From positions 64,001 through 128,000 of the forward strand of contig JAZKFH010000015.1 of NCBI GenBank assembly GCA_040386535.1: a DNA stretch of 64,000 nt, in the 5' to 3' direction. A model generated the notes under the pieces. It searched no databases. It was not told where the DNA came from and was given only the letters and a program-made list of their open reading frames with translations. How positions within the stretch are numbered: position 1 is the first letter of the stretch; every line of letters begins with the position of its first letter. Position numbers and translations under genes: made by a program. Shown here one piece after another: positions 40,961 through 50,733 of this stretch. The DNA is from Myxococcota bacterium. GTDB taxonomy: Bacteria > Myxococcota_A > UBA796 > SXON01.

Positions 40961-42241
40961 ATGCTCACGCTCCTCGTCCCGTACGCCCTCGCCGCCCACT
41001 GCCCCGCCGAGCCTTCGTTGAAGGATCCGGACGGAGAAGTGACGGTGCTCGCCCAGAACCTGAAGTTCATCATCACGGGCACGAAGCGCAAGGAGCGGGA
41101 CCAGCTGTTCGCGGACTACCTGCGCACCGAGGGCGCGGACGTCGACATCCTGCTGCTGTCCGAGGCCCGCCTGACGCGCTCGTTCGAGTCCTGGGCCCCC
41201 GAGTGGTGCTTCTACACCCAGATCGGGACCGCGAGCCTGGACGGGTACCGATGGGCGCCGATCGAGGCGGGACGCCCGCCGGGGGGCCTCGCGATGGGGC
41301 TGCGCCAGCGCCCCGAGGGCACCGTGCACCAGGTGAGCGGCGAGGCGGGTCGGCGCTACCGGGCCCGCCCCACCTCGTTCGCAGAGGGGGTGCTCGGGCG
41401 CGTGTTCGGCTTCCGGAAGGGGTGGGCGGGGCTCCACATCGACGACACGCACCTGGTGTGGAGCCACACGCAGGCGAGCTACAAGCGGCGGCCCGAGCGC
41501 GGCGCGGGAGAGGGGCGGAGCGGCCGCGCGGGCCAGTTCGCCGACCTTGCGGAAGATCTGGGCCGGCCCGAGGGCGCCACGCTCATCACGGGCGATTTGA
41601 ACCTCCTGGCCGGCTTCGTGCCCCGCCGGGAGCGGGACGAGCGCCGCGTGACCCGCGCCCGCGACATCGACTCCGAGACCGTCGCGCAATTCCGCGAGCG
41701 CACGGGGATCGACCTGGCGTGGCCCTGGGCGCGCGTCGACGATCCCCGCGTCGAGGATGCCCTGTTGGTGGCGGTGCTCCCCGCCGCGGAGGGTGAGCGT
41801 GACGCCGCGCTGAACGGCGCGGGCGCAACCTCGGTCGCCGCGCCGGACATCGTCCTGGTGTCCGCGCCGCCGCCGATGTTGGCGACGCTCGGCCCGGCCC
41901 AGGGCGAGGCGTTCCTCGGGACCTTCGCGGGCGGCTTCGACCGCCGCCGAGACGACGACACGTGGGACGTGGGCGCCGCCTACGATCGCGTGGGGGTCAA
42001 CGAGGCCTTCCTGGCGCGCCATCCGGGCACGCGCGTCCGCCGGGTCGAGATCGCCAACGAGTGGATGCGCGTGAGCGACCACCTCGGCCTGCAGATCGCC
42101 ATCCCGTTCGTGCGGGAAGCCGCGCCGCGGGCGGAGTCCGCCGCGAAGGTCCGCTCCTCCACGCCACGCGCCTGTCGCTTCTCCGATCCCAAGCGGGCGC
42201 CCTCGCTCGCCCGTGGCAAGTCGGAACCGTCGAAGCGGTAG
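40961..42241 (+). CDS. Secreted endonuclease/exonuclease/phosphatase-family protein
   Basis: VLAQNL, LLSE, SHTQAS, TGDLN, YDRV, SDH. Confidence 0.75.
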   Translation: MLTLLVPYALAAHCPAEPSLKDPDGEVTVLAQNLKFIITGTKRKERDQLFADYLRTEGADVDILLLSEARLTRSFESWAPEWCFYTQIGTASLDGYRWAPIEAGRPPGGLAMGLRQRPEGTVHQVSGEAGRRYRARPTSFAEGVLGRVFGFRKGWAGLHIDDTHLVWSHTQASYKRRPERGAGEGRSGRAGQFADLAEDLGRPEGATLITGDLNLLAGFVPRRERDERRVTRARDIDSETVAQFRERTGIDLAWPWARVDDPRVEDALLVAVLPAAEGERDAALNGAGATSVAAPDIVLVSAPPPMLATLGPAQGEAFLGTFAGGFDRRRDDDTWDVGAAYDRVGVNEAFLARHPGTRVRRVEIANEWMRVSDHLGLQIAIPFVREAAPRAESAAKVRSSTPRACRFSDPKRAPSLARGKSEPSKR

Positions 42242-42300
42242 CCGCGCAGTGTCACGGTTTGCCGTTGCACCTCCTGGGCAACGCGGACTACGCTAGAGGA

Positions 42301-43065
42301 ATGCGGTCTTCCTGCCTCGTCCTTCTCGGCCTCCTCGGCTGCAAAGCGCCCCCTGACGCGCCAGCCGAGCTGAATGAGCTCGTGGGCTACCTCTACACGA
42401 ACGTGCCCGGCGAGGATCCGGCGCCGCTCGAAGTCGGGGCGGTCAACCTCGATGTCTGGCTCCAGGAGCGGATCGACGAGACCCTCGAGGGCTACACGGT
42501 CAACAACCTCACGGCGGAGTCCATCGAGGCCCTGGGAGAGGGGGAGCGCGACCTGGAGGAGCTCGCCGGAGCGGCGGTCGGCCACGTCAGCGAGGTGTCG
42601 CTCTCCACGCTGGTCGATGCGATCGTGCTCGAAGATCCCATGCTGATCTACGACTCGTACGTCTCGTTCGAGCGAGAGTACGACGGTGACGCGGAGTGTT
42701 TCGCGTCCGGGGAGTGCGACTGGCTCGAGGCCGAGGTGCACGCCTCGTTCGACTACACGCTGATGCAGGTGGAGACCCACAGCCGCGTGCAGTACCGGTG
42801 GATCGACACCTCGCTCGGCAGGGTCTACGCCGAGCGCACGTGGCTGCGCGATCCGGCGGTCGTGACCTCCACCTTCGTCGAGGTCGACCAGCAGTACTAC
42901 CTCCGCGTGGTGCTGCCCGACGGCGAAGGTTCGCGCAGCATCCAGTCCACCTGGGTCGTCGCGCGCCTCGTGGGGGACATGCCGGAGAACGCCGCGCTCA
43001 ACCTGTTGATCAACAGCATGGCCAAGCAGGCCGAGACGCTCGACGAATTCATCCAGGCGCGCTGA
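42301..43065 (+). CDS. Hypothetical lipoprotein
   Basis: MRSSCLVLLGLLGC lipobox. Confidence 0.75.
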   Translation: MRSSCLVLLGLLGCKAPPDAPAELNELVGYLYTNVPGEDPAPLEVGAVNLDVWLQERIDETLEGYTVNNLTAESIEALGEGERDLEELAGAAVGHVSEVSLSTLVDAIVLEDPMLIYDSYVSFEREYDGDAECFASGECDWLEAEVHASFDYTLMQVETHSRVQYRWIDTSLGRVYAERTWLRDPAVVTSTFVEVDQQYYLRVVLPDGEGSRSIQSTWVVARLVGDMPENAALNLLINSMAKQAETLDEFIQAR

Positions 43066-43108
43066 CCAACGCTAGCGCGAGCGCCCGCCGCTCGTCTTAC
43101 GCTGGCGC

Positions 43109-44017
43109 ATGCTGCTCCTGATGACTCTCCCCCTTGCCCTCGCCTCCACGGACACGATCGGCGGGGACGACGTCGAGAACGACCTCGGCGACATGATGAA
43201 GCTCGTCGCCATCGAGGTGAGCGAGGCCGCCGTCGTGACCACGTTCGAGTTCGGTTCGGACGGAGGGGCGGACGAGCCGCTGGTGCTCGTGCTCTACCAG
43301 CGCGACGGGGGGAGCTACCGCCTCGTCGAGCAGGTGCCCGTGGCCGGCGGCGACTGGGCCACTACCGGCCCGGTGGCCTGGCTGCTCGAGCCCGACCAGA
43401 CCTACGCGTTCGGCGCCTACGTGCCCGATGGGTTCACGTACTTCTACGACGAAGGCGGGAGCGAGTCGCCGTGGTTCGGGGAGGTCACCGAGGCCTACCG
43501 GGTCGAGGAGCGGGTCCCCGCGGACTTCCGCGCCGAGGGCGAGGAGTACTGGTACCTGATGCGCATCACGTCGGAGGACGCGGATGCGGATGATGACGGC
43601 GCCATCGCCGCCGCGTGGGGCGGCACGGACTGTGACGACACCGATCCGGACCGGGTGGCCGCGAGCGACGAGGTCCCGTACGACGGCATCGACCAGGACT
43701 GTGACGGCGCCGATCTGGTCGACGTGGACGAGGACGGCGAGCCCGCGATCGAGGCCGGCGGCGCCGACTGTGACGACACGACGGGCGCGGTGGCGCCCTC
43801 CCGCACCGAGGTGTGCGGCGACGGCCTCGACAACGACTGCTCGGGCAGCGACGAGGCGTGTGACGGCACCGATCCCGACGACGATCCCGAGGGTGGCATC
43901 GAGATCGTCGCGGACGACTGCGGCTGCGCGACGACGACGTCCCCGCCGGGGATCGCCCTGCTCGGCCTCCTCGCCGCGGCCGCGCTCTGCCGTCGGCGCC
44001 AAGCGCGTTTTTCCTAG
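43109..44017 (+). CDS. Secreted protein with DCDD/DGIDQDCDG metal-binding repeats and MYXO-CTERM-like tail
   Basis: DADDDG, DCDD, YDGIDQDCDG, CGDGLDNDC; CGC...LLGLLAAAALCRRR. Confidence 0.8.
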   Translation: MLLLMTLPLALASTDTIGGDDVENDLGDMMKLVAIEVSEAAVVTTFEFGSDGGADEPLVLVLYQRDGGSYRLVEQVPVAGGDWATTGPVAWLLEPDQTYAFGAYVPDGFTYFYDEGGSESPWFGEVTEAYRVEERVPADFRAEGEEYWYLMRITSEDADADDDGAIAAAWGGTDCDDTDPDRVAASDEVPYDGIDQDCDGADLVDVDEDGEPAIEAGGADCDDTTGAVAPSRTEVCGDGLDNDCSGSDEACDGTDPDDDPEGGIEIVADDCGCATTTSPPGIALLGLLAAAALCRRRQARFS

Positions 44018-45231
44018 TTCCCGCGCGCTTCCCAGTCCGCGAGGAGGACCGCCTCGAACTCGGCCCAGTCGCCAAAACCGGTCGACCCGTAGAGCACGTT
44101 GCCGTCGGGGTCCACGAGGATGACCGCGGGGTAGCTCATGCCGGACTCGATGCCGAGGTAGTCGGGAAAGAGGGCGTAGCCCGCGCCCTTGTCAGCGAGC
44201 ACGGGGGAGGTGAGGCCGAAGGTCTCCGCCCAGTCCACCAGCACGTCGGGGGCCGCCGGCTTGTTGATGGCGCCGAGCGACTCGTTCAGGAGCGTGATCA
44301 TCTCGACGGGGGCGCACTCGGCCTCCATCCGCGCCTTGAAGGCCTCGGCGCCCTCGGCCATCGCCTGGCACGGCCCGCAGTCGGGGGAGGACGAGTCGAT
44401 CACCAGGTAGTGACCGAGGAAGTCCCACAGATCGACCGCGTCCCCGCACTGGTCGTCCAGGCGCACGTTGGGGAAACGCTCGCCGTTCGCGACGGTCCAT
44501 CCGCTGTTGGGCCCGCCGGGGTTGTTCAGGGTCCAGCCGCACGCGTAGGGCTCGGTGCGCGCGCCGGTCACGTCCGCGAGCAGCACGTCGGGTGACTCCG
44601 CCACGGTCAGCTCGCCGCTGGCCGCGAGGATCATGCTGCCGCCATCGTCGAGCGGCGTCTCGTCCTCCCAGGCCACCGCGAACGCGCCCGCGTCCCCGAC
44701 GATCGCGCCCATGTCGGCCAGGGATACGTTCTCGTTGCCGGCGCGGAAGAGGTGGGTCTCGCCCTCGACCTCGCCGAGCCCCAGGTGCTCCACCCGGTCG
44801 GCCTCCGACGTCGAGATCTGCAGGTAGCAGTCCTCGTAGCCCTCCGTCATCACCGCGCTTCCCGTCGTGATGAGGGAGCACTCGGGGCAGATGTAGCCCT
44901 GGTCGCCCACCTCGGTCTGGGTGTAGGCGCGGGTGTAGGTGCAGTCGACGAAGCCGAGGGCCTCGGCCTCGGCGTCGAACCCGAGGGTCCAGGTGACGGT
45001 GCCGGTGAGGGTCGCGGCGGCCCGCGGCGCGTTCCCCGTGTCCTTCGTGTCGGGCGGGGGCGGCACTTCGGCGCAGGAAGGGCCGGGCTCGGTGTCGGTG
45101 TCCGTCTCGCCGCCGGTGTCGTCCCCGTCGGTGTCGGCCGTGTCGGCGTCGGGGAGATCGGTGTCGACCGGGTCGACCTCCGCGGTGTCCTTGGAGTCGG
45201 GCGAGCAGGCGAGCGCGAGGAGGAGGAGCAT
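44014..45231 (-). CDS. Lipoprotein with C-terminal thioredoxin/redoxin domain
   Basis: MLLLLALAC; DT-rich linker; L.DQ.G..V.L, CGPC, YP..ILVDPDG. Confidence 0.78.
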   Translation of the reverse strand: MLLLLALACSPDSKDTAEVDPVDTDLPDADTADTDGDDTGGETDTDTEPGPSCAEVPPPPDTKDTGNAPRAAATLTGTVTWTLGFDAEAEALGFVDCTYTRAYTQTEVGDQGYICPECSLITTGSAVMTEGYEDCYLQISTSEADRVEHLGLGEVEGETHLFRAGNENVSLADMGAIVGDAGAFAVAWEDETPLDDGGSMILAASGELTVAESPDVLLADVTGARTEPYACGWTLNNPGGPNSGWTVANGERFPNVRLDDQCGDAVDLWDFLGHYLVIDSSSPDCGPCQAMAEGAEAFKARMEAECAPVEMITLLNESLGAINKPAAPDVLVDWAETFGLTSPVLADKGAGYALFPDYLGIESGMSYPAVILVDPDGNVLYGSTGFGDWAEFEAVLLADWEARGN

Positions 45232-45268
45232 GACCCATTCTATCCGCAACGCCGAAGCCCGAGCGCCT

Positions 45269-45823
45269 CTACTTCACCCGGCAACAGTCCTTGAGGCCCG
45301 CGATCGTGGAGGGGCCGATGCCGGACACGTCGTCCAGCGCGTCACAGCTGGCATAGGGCCCGTTGTCCACGCGATGTTGGAGGATGGCGGCGGCCTTCGA
45401 GGCGCCGATGCCGGGGAGATCCTCCAGCGCGATCGCGTCGGCGGTGTTGATGTTGATCGAGCAGGTACCGCTCGGGGCCGGCGCGCTGGTCGTCGCGAGC
45501 GTCACGACGCTCGCACCGCTCGTCTTGGTCTCGCTCGGGGCCGCCCCGCCGCCCGCCGCCGGCTTCCCGCCCTTGCCGACGGTCACCTGCTCGCGGAGGC
45601 TCGCCAACGTGGAGGCGCCGATGCCGGGCACATTGTCCAGGTCGTCCACCGCGGTGAACGGGCCGTGCTCGGTGCGGTACTGGATGATCGCGGCGGCCTT
45701 GGAGGGCCCGATGCCGGGGAGGGTCTCGAGCTCGGAGGCGTCGGCCGTGTTGACGTCGACCGCGGCGTCCGCCGGCAGCGCGATCGCGAAGACGAAGAGC
45801 AGGCAGACCAGGAGCTTGCGCAT
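45269..45823 (-). CDS. comEA: ComEA-family DNA-binding protein with two HhH modules
   Basis: Signal peptide; VNTA...LPGIG..KA.AI..YR..GPF, repeated twice. Confidence 0.9.
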   Translation of the reverse strand: MRKLLVCLLFVFAIALPADAAVDVNTADASELETLPGIGPSKAAAIIQYRTEHGPFTAVDDLDNVPGIGASTLASLREQVTVGKGGKPAAGGGAAPSETKTSGASVVTLATTSAPAPSGTCSININTADAIALEDLPGIGASKAAAILQHRVDNGPYASCDALDDVSGIGPSTIAGLKDCCRVK

Positions 45824-45866
45824 GAGAACCTCGGAAAACGCTCGGGGGAGCCTCGGGGCGGAGAGG

Positions 45867-46082
45867 CTAGAGATCGAAGCTGCCGGGCCCCTGGGAGGTG
45901 CGGGCGCGCAGGCGCGCGAGGCGCTGCTCCGCGTCGTCCGTGCTGGCGGGGGGCAACACCGTGAAGGCGAGGCGATCGCCCTCCTTGACGCCGGGCGGGA
46001 GCTCGGTGAGCGGCACGTCGACCGTGCGGCCGGCGATCTCCACCACGGCGGTGTCCTTCTCGATGCGGTCGACGATGATCAT
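45867..46082 (-). CDS. DUF3006-family protein
   Basis: IVDRIE...AVVE...LP.GVKEGD; GGAGG RBS. Confidence 0.8.
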   Translation of the reverse strand: MIIVDRIEKDTAVVEIAGRTVDVPLTELPPGVKEGDRLAFTVLPPASTDDAEQRLARLRARTSQGPGSFDL

Positions 46083-46093
46083 CCAGCCTCCCT

Positions 46094-47251
46094 TCACGGT
46101 TTGCAGCAGCCGGCCGGCCGACGGCCGGCGGCCACGGCCTGTTCCTTCGTCTCATAACAGACGAGGTTCGACGGGGAGATCCGCGCGGCGTTGCCGCAGC
46201 TCGCCTCGTGGAACACCTCGCTGGAATTGCTGGCGGGGAACGCGCACGCCTCGGCGGGCATGTTGTCGACCGCGGCGGGGGTCAGATCGTGTGTCGGGCG
46301 CGCGGGGTGGCTCTCCGCGGCTCCCCGCTCCTCGTCACCCCGCCCGATCGCGGCGGCCGAGGGAGCGGGGTGTGCACCAGCGGGCGCCGGCCGCGCACCC
46401 GTGGGCGTGGTGGTGGCGACGGCCTTGAGCTTGGAGGCGCCCTTCGTCTCCACCTCGATCTTCTTGCCGTCCGACAGCAACGTGATCTGCCCGTTCAGAT
46501 CGGTGCGGTAGATGGCCGCGCCCGTCTTCTCCAGGCGGTCCATCGTCTCCTCGCCCGGGTGCCCGTAGCGGTTGCCGGTGCCGACGCTGATGACGGCGAT
46601 GTCCGGCTTGACGGCGGCGAGGAACGTGTCGGTGGAGGAGTGGTTGCTGCCGTGGTGCGCCACCTTCAACACGTCGCACTGGCCGAGGCCCGCGGCCACG
46701 AGGGCGCGCTCGGTGGGCTCCTCGGAGTCCCCCGTGAAGAGGAAGCAGTCGTTTCCGTGCGTGAGGCGGGTCACGACGGAATTCGAGTTCAGGTCGGAGC
46801 GCGTGTCCTTGAGCGGCGTGCTCGGAGGAAACAGCACCTCGAGCACCGCGCCGTCGTCGAGCTTGAACGACATGCCGACGAGCCCGCTCCGGTACGGGAT
46901 CTCCTTGACCTCGATCCGCGACATCACGCCCTCGTAGGTGCGCGTGGTGTGCGGCAGGCCGTTGTCGATGAAGTTGCGGACCGGGAACGCGTCGAGCACC
47001 TCGTCCATCCCGCCGATGTGGTCGGCGTGCGGATGGGTCGCGATGACGAGGTCGAGCGTGGTGACGCCGAGCCCCGTGAGGAGCTTGGGGACGTTCACGT
47101 TGCCGTCCCCCGCGTCGATGAGGATCGTCTTGTCGGCCGGCGTCCGGATGAGGATCGCGTCGCCCTGGCCGATGTCGAGGATGTCGACGCGCACGACTCC
47201 CGCCCAGGCCTGGGCGAGCGTGCCGAGGAGGAGGAAGAAGAACGGCGGCAG
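46094..47251 (-). CDS. ComEC-like MBL-fold hydrolase with C-terminal Ada-like metal-binding domain (start uncertain: CTG 47251 or GTG 47194)
   Basis: DIGQGDA, THPHADHIGG, FTGD, VAHHGS, NRYGHP, YRTD; FH..SC...G.RPAGCCKP. Confidence 0.88.
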   Translation of the reverse strand: MPPFFFLLLGTLAQAWAGVVRVDILDIGQGDAILIRTPADKTILIDAGDGNVNVPKLLTGLGVTTLDLVIATHPHADHIGGMDEVLDAFPVRNFIDNGLPHTTRTYEGVMSRIEVKEIPYRSGLVGMSFKLDDGAVLEVLFPPSTPLKDTRSDLNSNSVVTRLTHGNDCFLFTGDSEEPTERALVAAGLGQCDVLKVAHHGSNHSSTDTFLAAVKPDIAVISVGTGNRYGHPGEETMDRLEKTGAAIYRTDLNGQITLLSDGKKIEVETKGASKLKAVATTTPTGARPAPAGAHPAPSAAAIGRGDEERGAAESHPARPTHDLTPAAVDNMPAEACAFPASNSSEVFHEASCGNAARISPSNLVCYETKEQAVAAGRRPAGCCKP

Positions 47252-47266
47252 GAGGGACCCCGGAAG

Positions 47267-48487
47267 CTAGGGGAGGGCCGAGAACCAGACGGTGCGATTC
47301 GTGTAGTCGTAGCTCGCGACGTATCGGACGCCCTCGATCTCGACGGTCTCGTTGTGGAAGCCCACCGCCGCGCCCGTGACGCCCACGGTTTCCAGGGCCC
47401 AGCTGCCGCTGCTCTCGCGGGCCAGCTTCATGTCGTTGTTGGCGCCGTCGAAGTACACGATGCCCGGGGCGCTGCCGCTTCCGTAGATCGCGCTGTCGGC
47501 ACCCACGTGGTCACCCGTGTCGACGGTCTCCAGATCCCAGGGCCCGCCGGCGCGACCCGTGGCGAGCTTGAGATCGCCGTTGGTCACGTCGTGGTAGCTC
47601 ATCGCGATGCTCGCGCCGTCCACCAGCAGGTCGGGCCACTGGCCGACATCGCCTGTCTCATCCACGACCTCGATCGAGTACCCGCCGACGTTGCCGCTCG
47701 CGAGGCGCAGCGCGCCCCAGGCACGGTCGTAGAAGGCGATGTACTCGGTCCCGTCCGCCGCGATGACGATCTGGGTGTACTCGCCCGCGTTCCCGGGCAC
47801 CGCGTCCACCGCGGTGTCGGTCGAGGTGGAGTCGGTGCCCTCGTAGACGACGGCGGCGGTGAAGGCCGTGCCGGTCCACCTCGCGACGCGGAGGGCGCCC
47901 TTCGCGGCGTCGTAGTGGGCGGCGACGGGGTTGCCGGACGGGTCGATCGCGATCGACGCCCAGTACCCGGAGTCGAAGCTGGGGCCGCCGCCCGTGTCGG
48001 CGTTGCCGATGGCCCAGGCGCCGGTCGGCGCGCGCGTGGCGTACTTCAGGACGCCGTTGCTCGAGTCCTGGTACACGACCCACACCGTGCCGTCCGTCGC
48101 GACGGCCATGGCGCTGTACTTGCCGGCGTCACCGGGGTTCAGGCCGGTCGCGTCGGGGTAGCTGTCGACCTGCTCGATCGCCCAGGTGACCGCGCCGTCG
48201 TTCAGGGTGCCGATGGCGAAGCCGAGGGCGTCCGACGTGCGGTCGTAGAAGCTGATCGCGGGCCGCCCGTCGGGCATCACGCCCATCGAGAGCCAGGAGC
48301 CGATGTCGTGGGGGTCGGCCACGGGGTCGACGCCGATGGGATCGGTGTCGGTGTCGGGCGGCTCCTTCCGGCAGCCGTTGCAACCGGGCAGGATCAGGGC
48401 GGCCAGCACGGCCCACGTCCGCAGGCCTGTTCCAAGGCCGTTCCGGACGCCGCTCCGGGCACTGAAGAAGGGCGCGGACACGCGCAT
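47267..48487 (-). CDS. Lipoprotein with beta-propeller-like repeats
   Basis: LILPGC; repeated G.(W/Y).S......G...(I/A).(Y/F)YD....L..A....W....VD units. Confidence 0.75.
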   Translation of the reverse strand: MRVSAPFFSARSGVRNGLGTGLRTWAVLAALILPGCNGCRKEPPDTDTDPIGVDPVADPHDIGSWLSMGVMPDGRPAISFYDRTSDALGFAIGTLNDGAVTWAIEQVDSYPDATGLNPGDAGKYSAMAVATDGTVWVVYQDSSNGVLKYATRAPTGAWAIGNADTGGGPSFDSGYWASIAIDPSGNPVAAHYDAAKGALRVARWTGTAFTAAVVYEGTDSTSTDTAVDAVPGNAGEYTQIVIAADGTEYIAFYDRAWGALRLASGNVGGYSIEVVDETGDVGQWPDLLVDGASIAMSYHDVTNGDLKLATGRAGGPWDLETVDTGDHVGADSAIYGSGSAPGIVYFDGANNDMKLARESSGSWALETVGVTGAAVGFHNETVEIEGVRYVASYDYTNRTVWFSALP

Positions 48488-48583
48488 GCGGACTCCCGAT
48501 CAGCGCGAACGGTACCACCGCGGCAGCCCTACGTCAACCATGGGGGAAAGCTGCGTCCGTACTGGACAGTTGAGGGTGTCGGC

Positions 48584-49945
48584 CTACAAACCGAGGCGGA
48601 AGCTGTTCGAATACAACCAGGGATAGGTGCGGACGAGGCTGGCCGCCTGATCGTCGAGAAAGCCGACGAGGTGGTGCGGCACGATGTCGACACGCGCCCG
48701 GTACACGCCCGCCTCGGTGACGGGGAAGCTGCCGCACCCCGTCTGCCACGGCGCCCCGTCCTTGTAGACGGTGACGGTGATCGCGGGATCCGCCCCGCTC
48801 CGCGGCGACGTGGCCGCGAGGGTCGGGCACGTGACCTCGAGCGTGCCGCCGAGCGCGCCGCCGCCGCCCATCTCGGCGCCGCCGTAGCCGACGTGGAACC
48901 CCGCGGGCGTGCCGAGCACCTCGAACGCGACGAAGAGACGCCCGGCAGCGATGGCGGCCTGGACCTCTTCCGGCGAGTCGCCGTCGACCAGCGCGATGTT
49001 GCTGAACCAGCTGATCATGCGCCGGTAGGAGTCGACGCGCTCGCCGTCCGAGAGCAGGTTCGGCAGCGTGTTCTCGTGCGCGTCCGTTCCCGCGGTGCCG
49101 ACGGTGGGCGCCACCCGGGAGAGGGCGTCCCACCGCTCCAGCGAGATGCTCTGCTCCTCGAAGAAGCCGAGGAACGCGAGATCCGGCACCGCGTCGGTGT
49201 CGCCGCTCATGAAGGGGCCGATGGCGTCGAGGTAGCCGAACGGTTCGAGGCCGAGGTCCTCCTCGCGCTTCGTGGGATCGACCATCGCGTGCAGGTTGAA
49301 GATCTCGACCCCGGCGAGGCCGTTCGCCTGCCGCTCCAGCAACAACTCGAGCGTCTTGCCCTCGGTGTGGGCCTGCAGAACGGTGGCGCCCGCCGCAATC
49401 TCCGCCGCCAGCGCCTCCGCGTCGGACCCGTTGTAGAGCCGCTCGCGCTCTTCGGGTGTGTCGGCGACCGGGCGATCGAGCCCGATCGGCATCAGCTCGT
49501 CCTCGATGCCCGGGAGGGTGAGCACGCGGTGCCCGTCGTCACAGAGGATGCGGTTGGCGACGCCGCCCACGACCTCGTCCCCCTCCCGCGAGAGCAGGGT
49601 GTCGGCGAACGCCTGCGCCGCGGCGTGCGCCGGATGGTCGGTGATCATCGCGAAGTCCATCGCGTTCGCGCACAGCCCTCGGCGCAGGTTCGCGAGGCAG
49701 GCCTCGTCGGGCGCGCCGTCCGGCATCGGGTCCCCGTCACACGCGTCGTGGGAGTAAGGGGAGTGCAGGTGCACGATGCCGCGCCGCCACGCCCGGCCCG
49801 CCGGGGAGGACTCGGCGAGGGGCGCCCGGGTGGCCGACCACGGCACGTCCACCGGGGCGCCAGGCGCGGTGTCCGGAGGATCGCTGTCGACGGTGTCGGA
49901 CGGGGCGCCGGTGCAGGCGCCGAGGAGCAGCAAGAGGTGGCGCAA
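48584..49945 (-). CDS. PHP-superfamily metallohydrolase lipoprotein (start inferred at TTG 49945)
   Basis: LLLLLGAC; VHLHSPYSHD, ITDH, QAH, GVEIFN, GTDAH. Confidence 0.78.
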   Translation of the reverse strand: MRHLLLLLGACTGAPSDTVDSDPPDTAPGAPVDVPWSATRAPLAESSPAGRAWRRGIVHLHSPYSHDACDGDPMPDGAPDEACLANLRRGLCANAMDFAMITDHPAHAAAQAFADTLLSREGDEVVGGVANRILCDDGHRVLTLPGIEDELMPIGLDRPVADTPEERERLYNGSDAEALAAEIAAGATVLQAHTEGKTLELLLERQANGLAGVEIFNLHAMVDPTKREEDLGLEPFGYLDAIGPFMSGDTDAVPDLAFLGFFEEQSISLERWDALSRVAPTVGTAGTDAHENTLPNLLSDGERVDSYRRMISWFSNIALVDGDSPEEVQAAIAAGRLFVAFEVLGTPAGFHVGYGGAEMGGGGALGGTLEVTCPTLAATSPRSGADPAITVTVYKDGAPWQTGCGSFPVTEAGVYRARVDIVPHHLVGFLDDQAASLVRTYPWLYSNSFRLGL

Positions 49946-50036
49946 TGGCAAGCCCGCTCGGGCTGGTATAGCATGGGCCCGCACGTCCGCTCGGCCGCCA
50001 TCGGCCGCGTTCGCGTGCCTCCTCCCGGGTATCCTC

Positions 50037-50540
50037 ATGAAGTTCATGCTCCCTGTCGCCGCCGGTATGTTCGTGGCCGCCGGCTCCTGTTGCTGCTGCG
50101 GCGGCGCCGACATGGAAGAGGTGATGCGCGGCTTCGAGGAGGGCATGAACGAGGGCAGCGCCACCCCCGACATCGACGCGTACGAGGCCGGCGCCGAGGC
50201 CGCGCCGAGCGGCGCTGCCGTCATCAGCGGCGGCACCACCGACGGCCTCTGCGGCCGCTTCAAGTCCGACGGCATGTCGCTCCCGAGCGGCTTCAACGTC
50301 ATCGGCTGCACCACCACCGCGGGCACCGAGTCCCTCCTGGCGATGGGCGCCACGCCCCCCAAGGAGGTCTGCGCGTCCGTGAAGAGCTGGGCCACGGGCG
50401 CCGGCTGGAACGTGGAGTCCGAGGTCGACATGTCCGGCACGGTCGCCATGTCGCTCAAGAACGGCGGCAACCGCATGTCGCTCTCCTGCACGGACAGCAC
50501 CGGGCAGACCTCGATCGCGGTCAGCATCACCGCGGGGTAG
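50037..50540 (+). CDS. Hypothetical exported protein with CCCC motif
   Basis: MKFMLPVAAGMFVAAGSCCCCGG. Confidence 0.7.
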   Translation: MKFMLPVAAGMFVAAGSCCCCGGADMEEVMRGFEEGMNEGSATPDIDAYEAGAEAAPSGAAVISGGTTDGLCGRFKSDGMSLPSGFNVIGCTTTAGTESLLAMGATPPKEVCASVKSWATGAGWNVESEVDMSGTVAMSLKNGGNRMSLSCTDSTGQTSIAVSITAG

Positions 50541-50591
50541 GTACCGGGCGCCCCGATTGCTTCGGCGCCGTGGGCGTACTACGCTCGTAAT

Positions 50592-50672
<81 letters not shown>

Positions 50673-50733
50673 TCTTTCAGGGCGTTCGTGGAACGGCTGC
50701 GCCGCCTCACCCGCCGCCATCAGCCCGGCGCCT

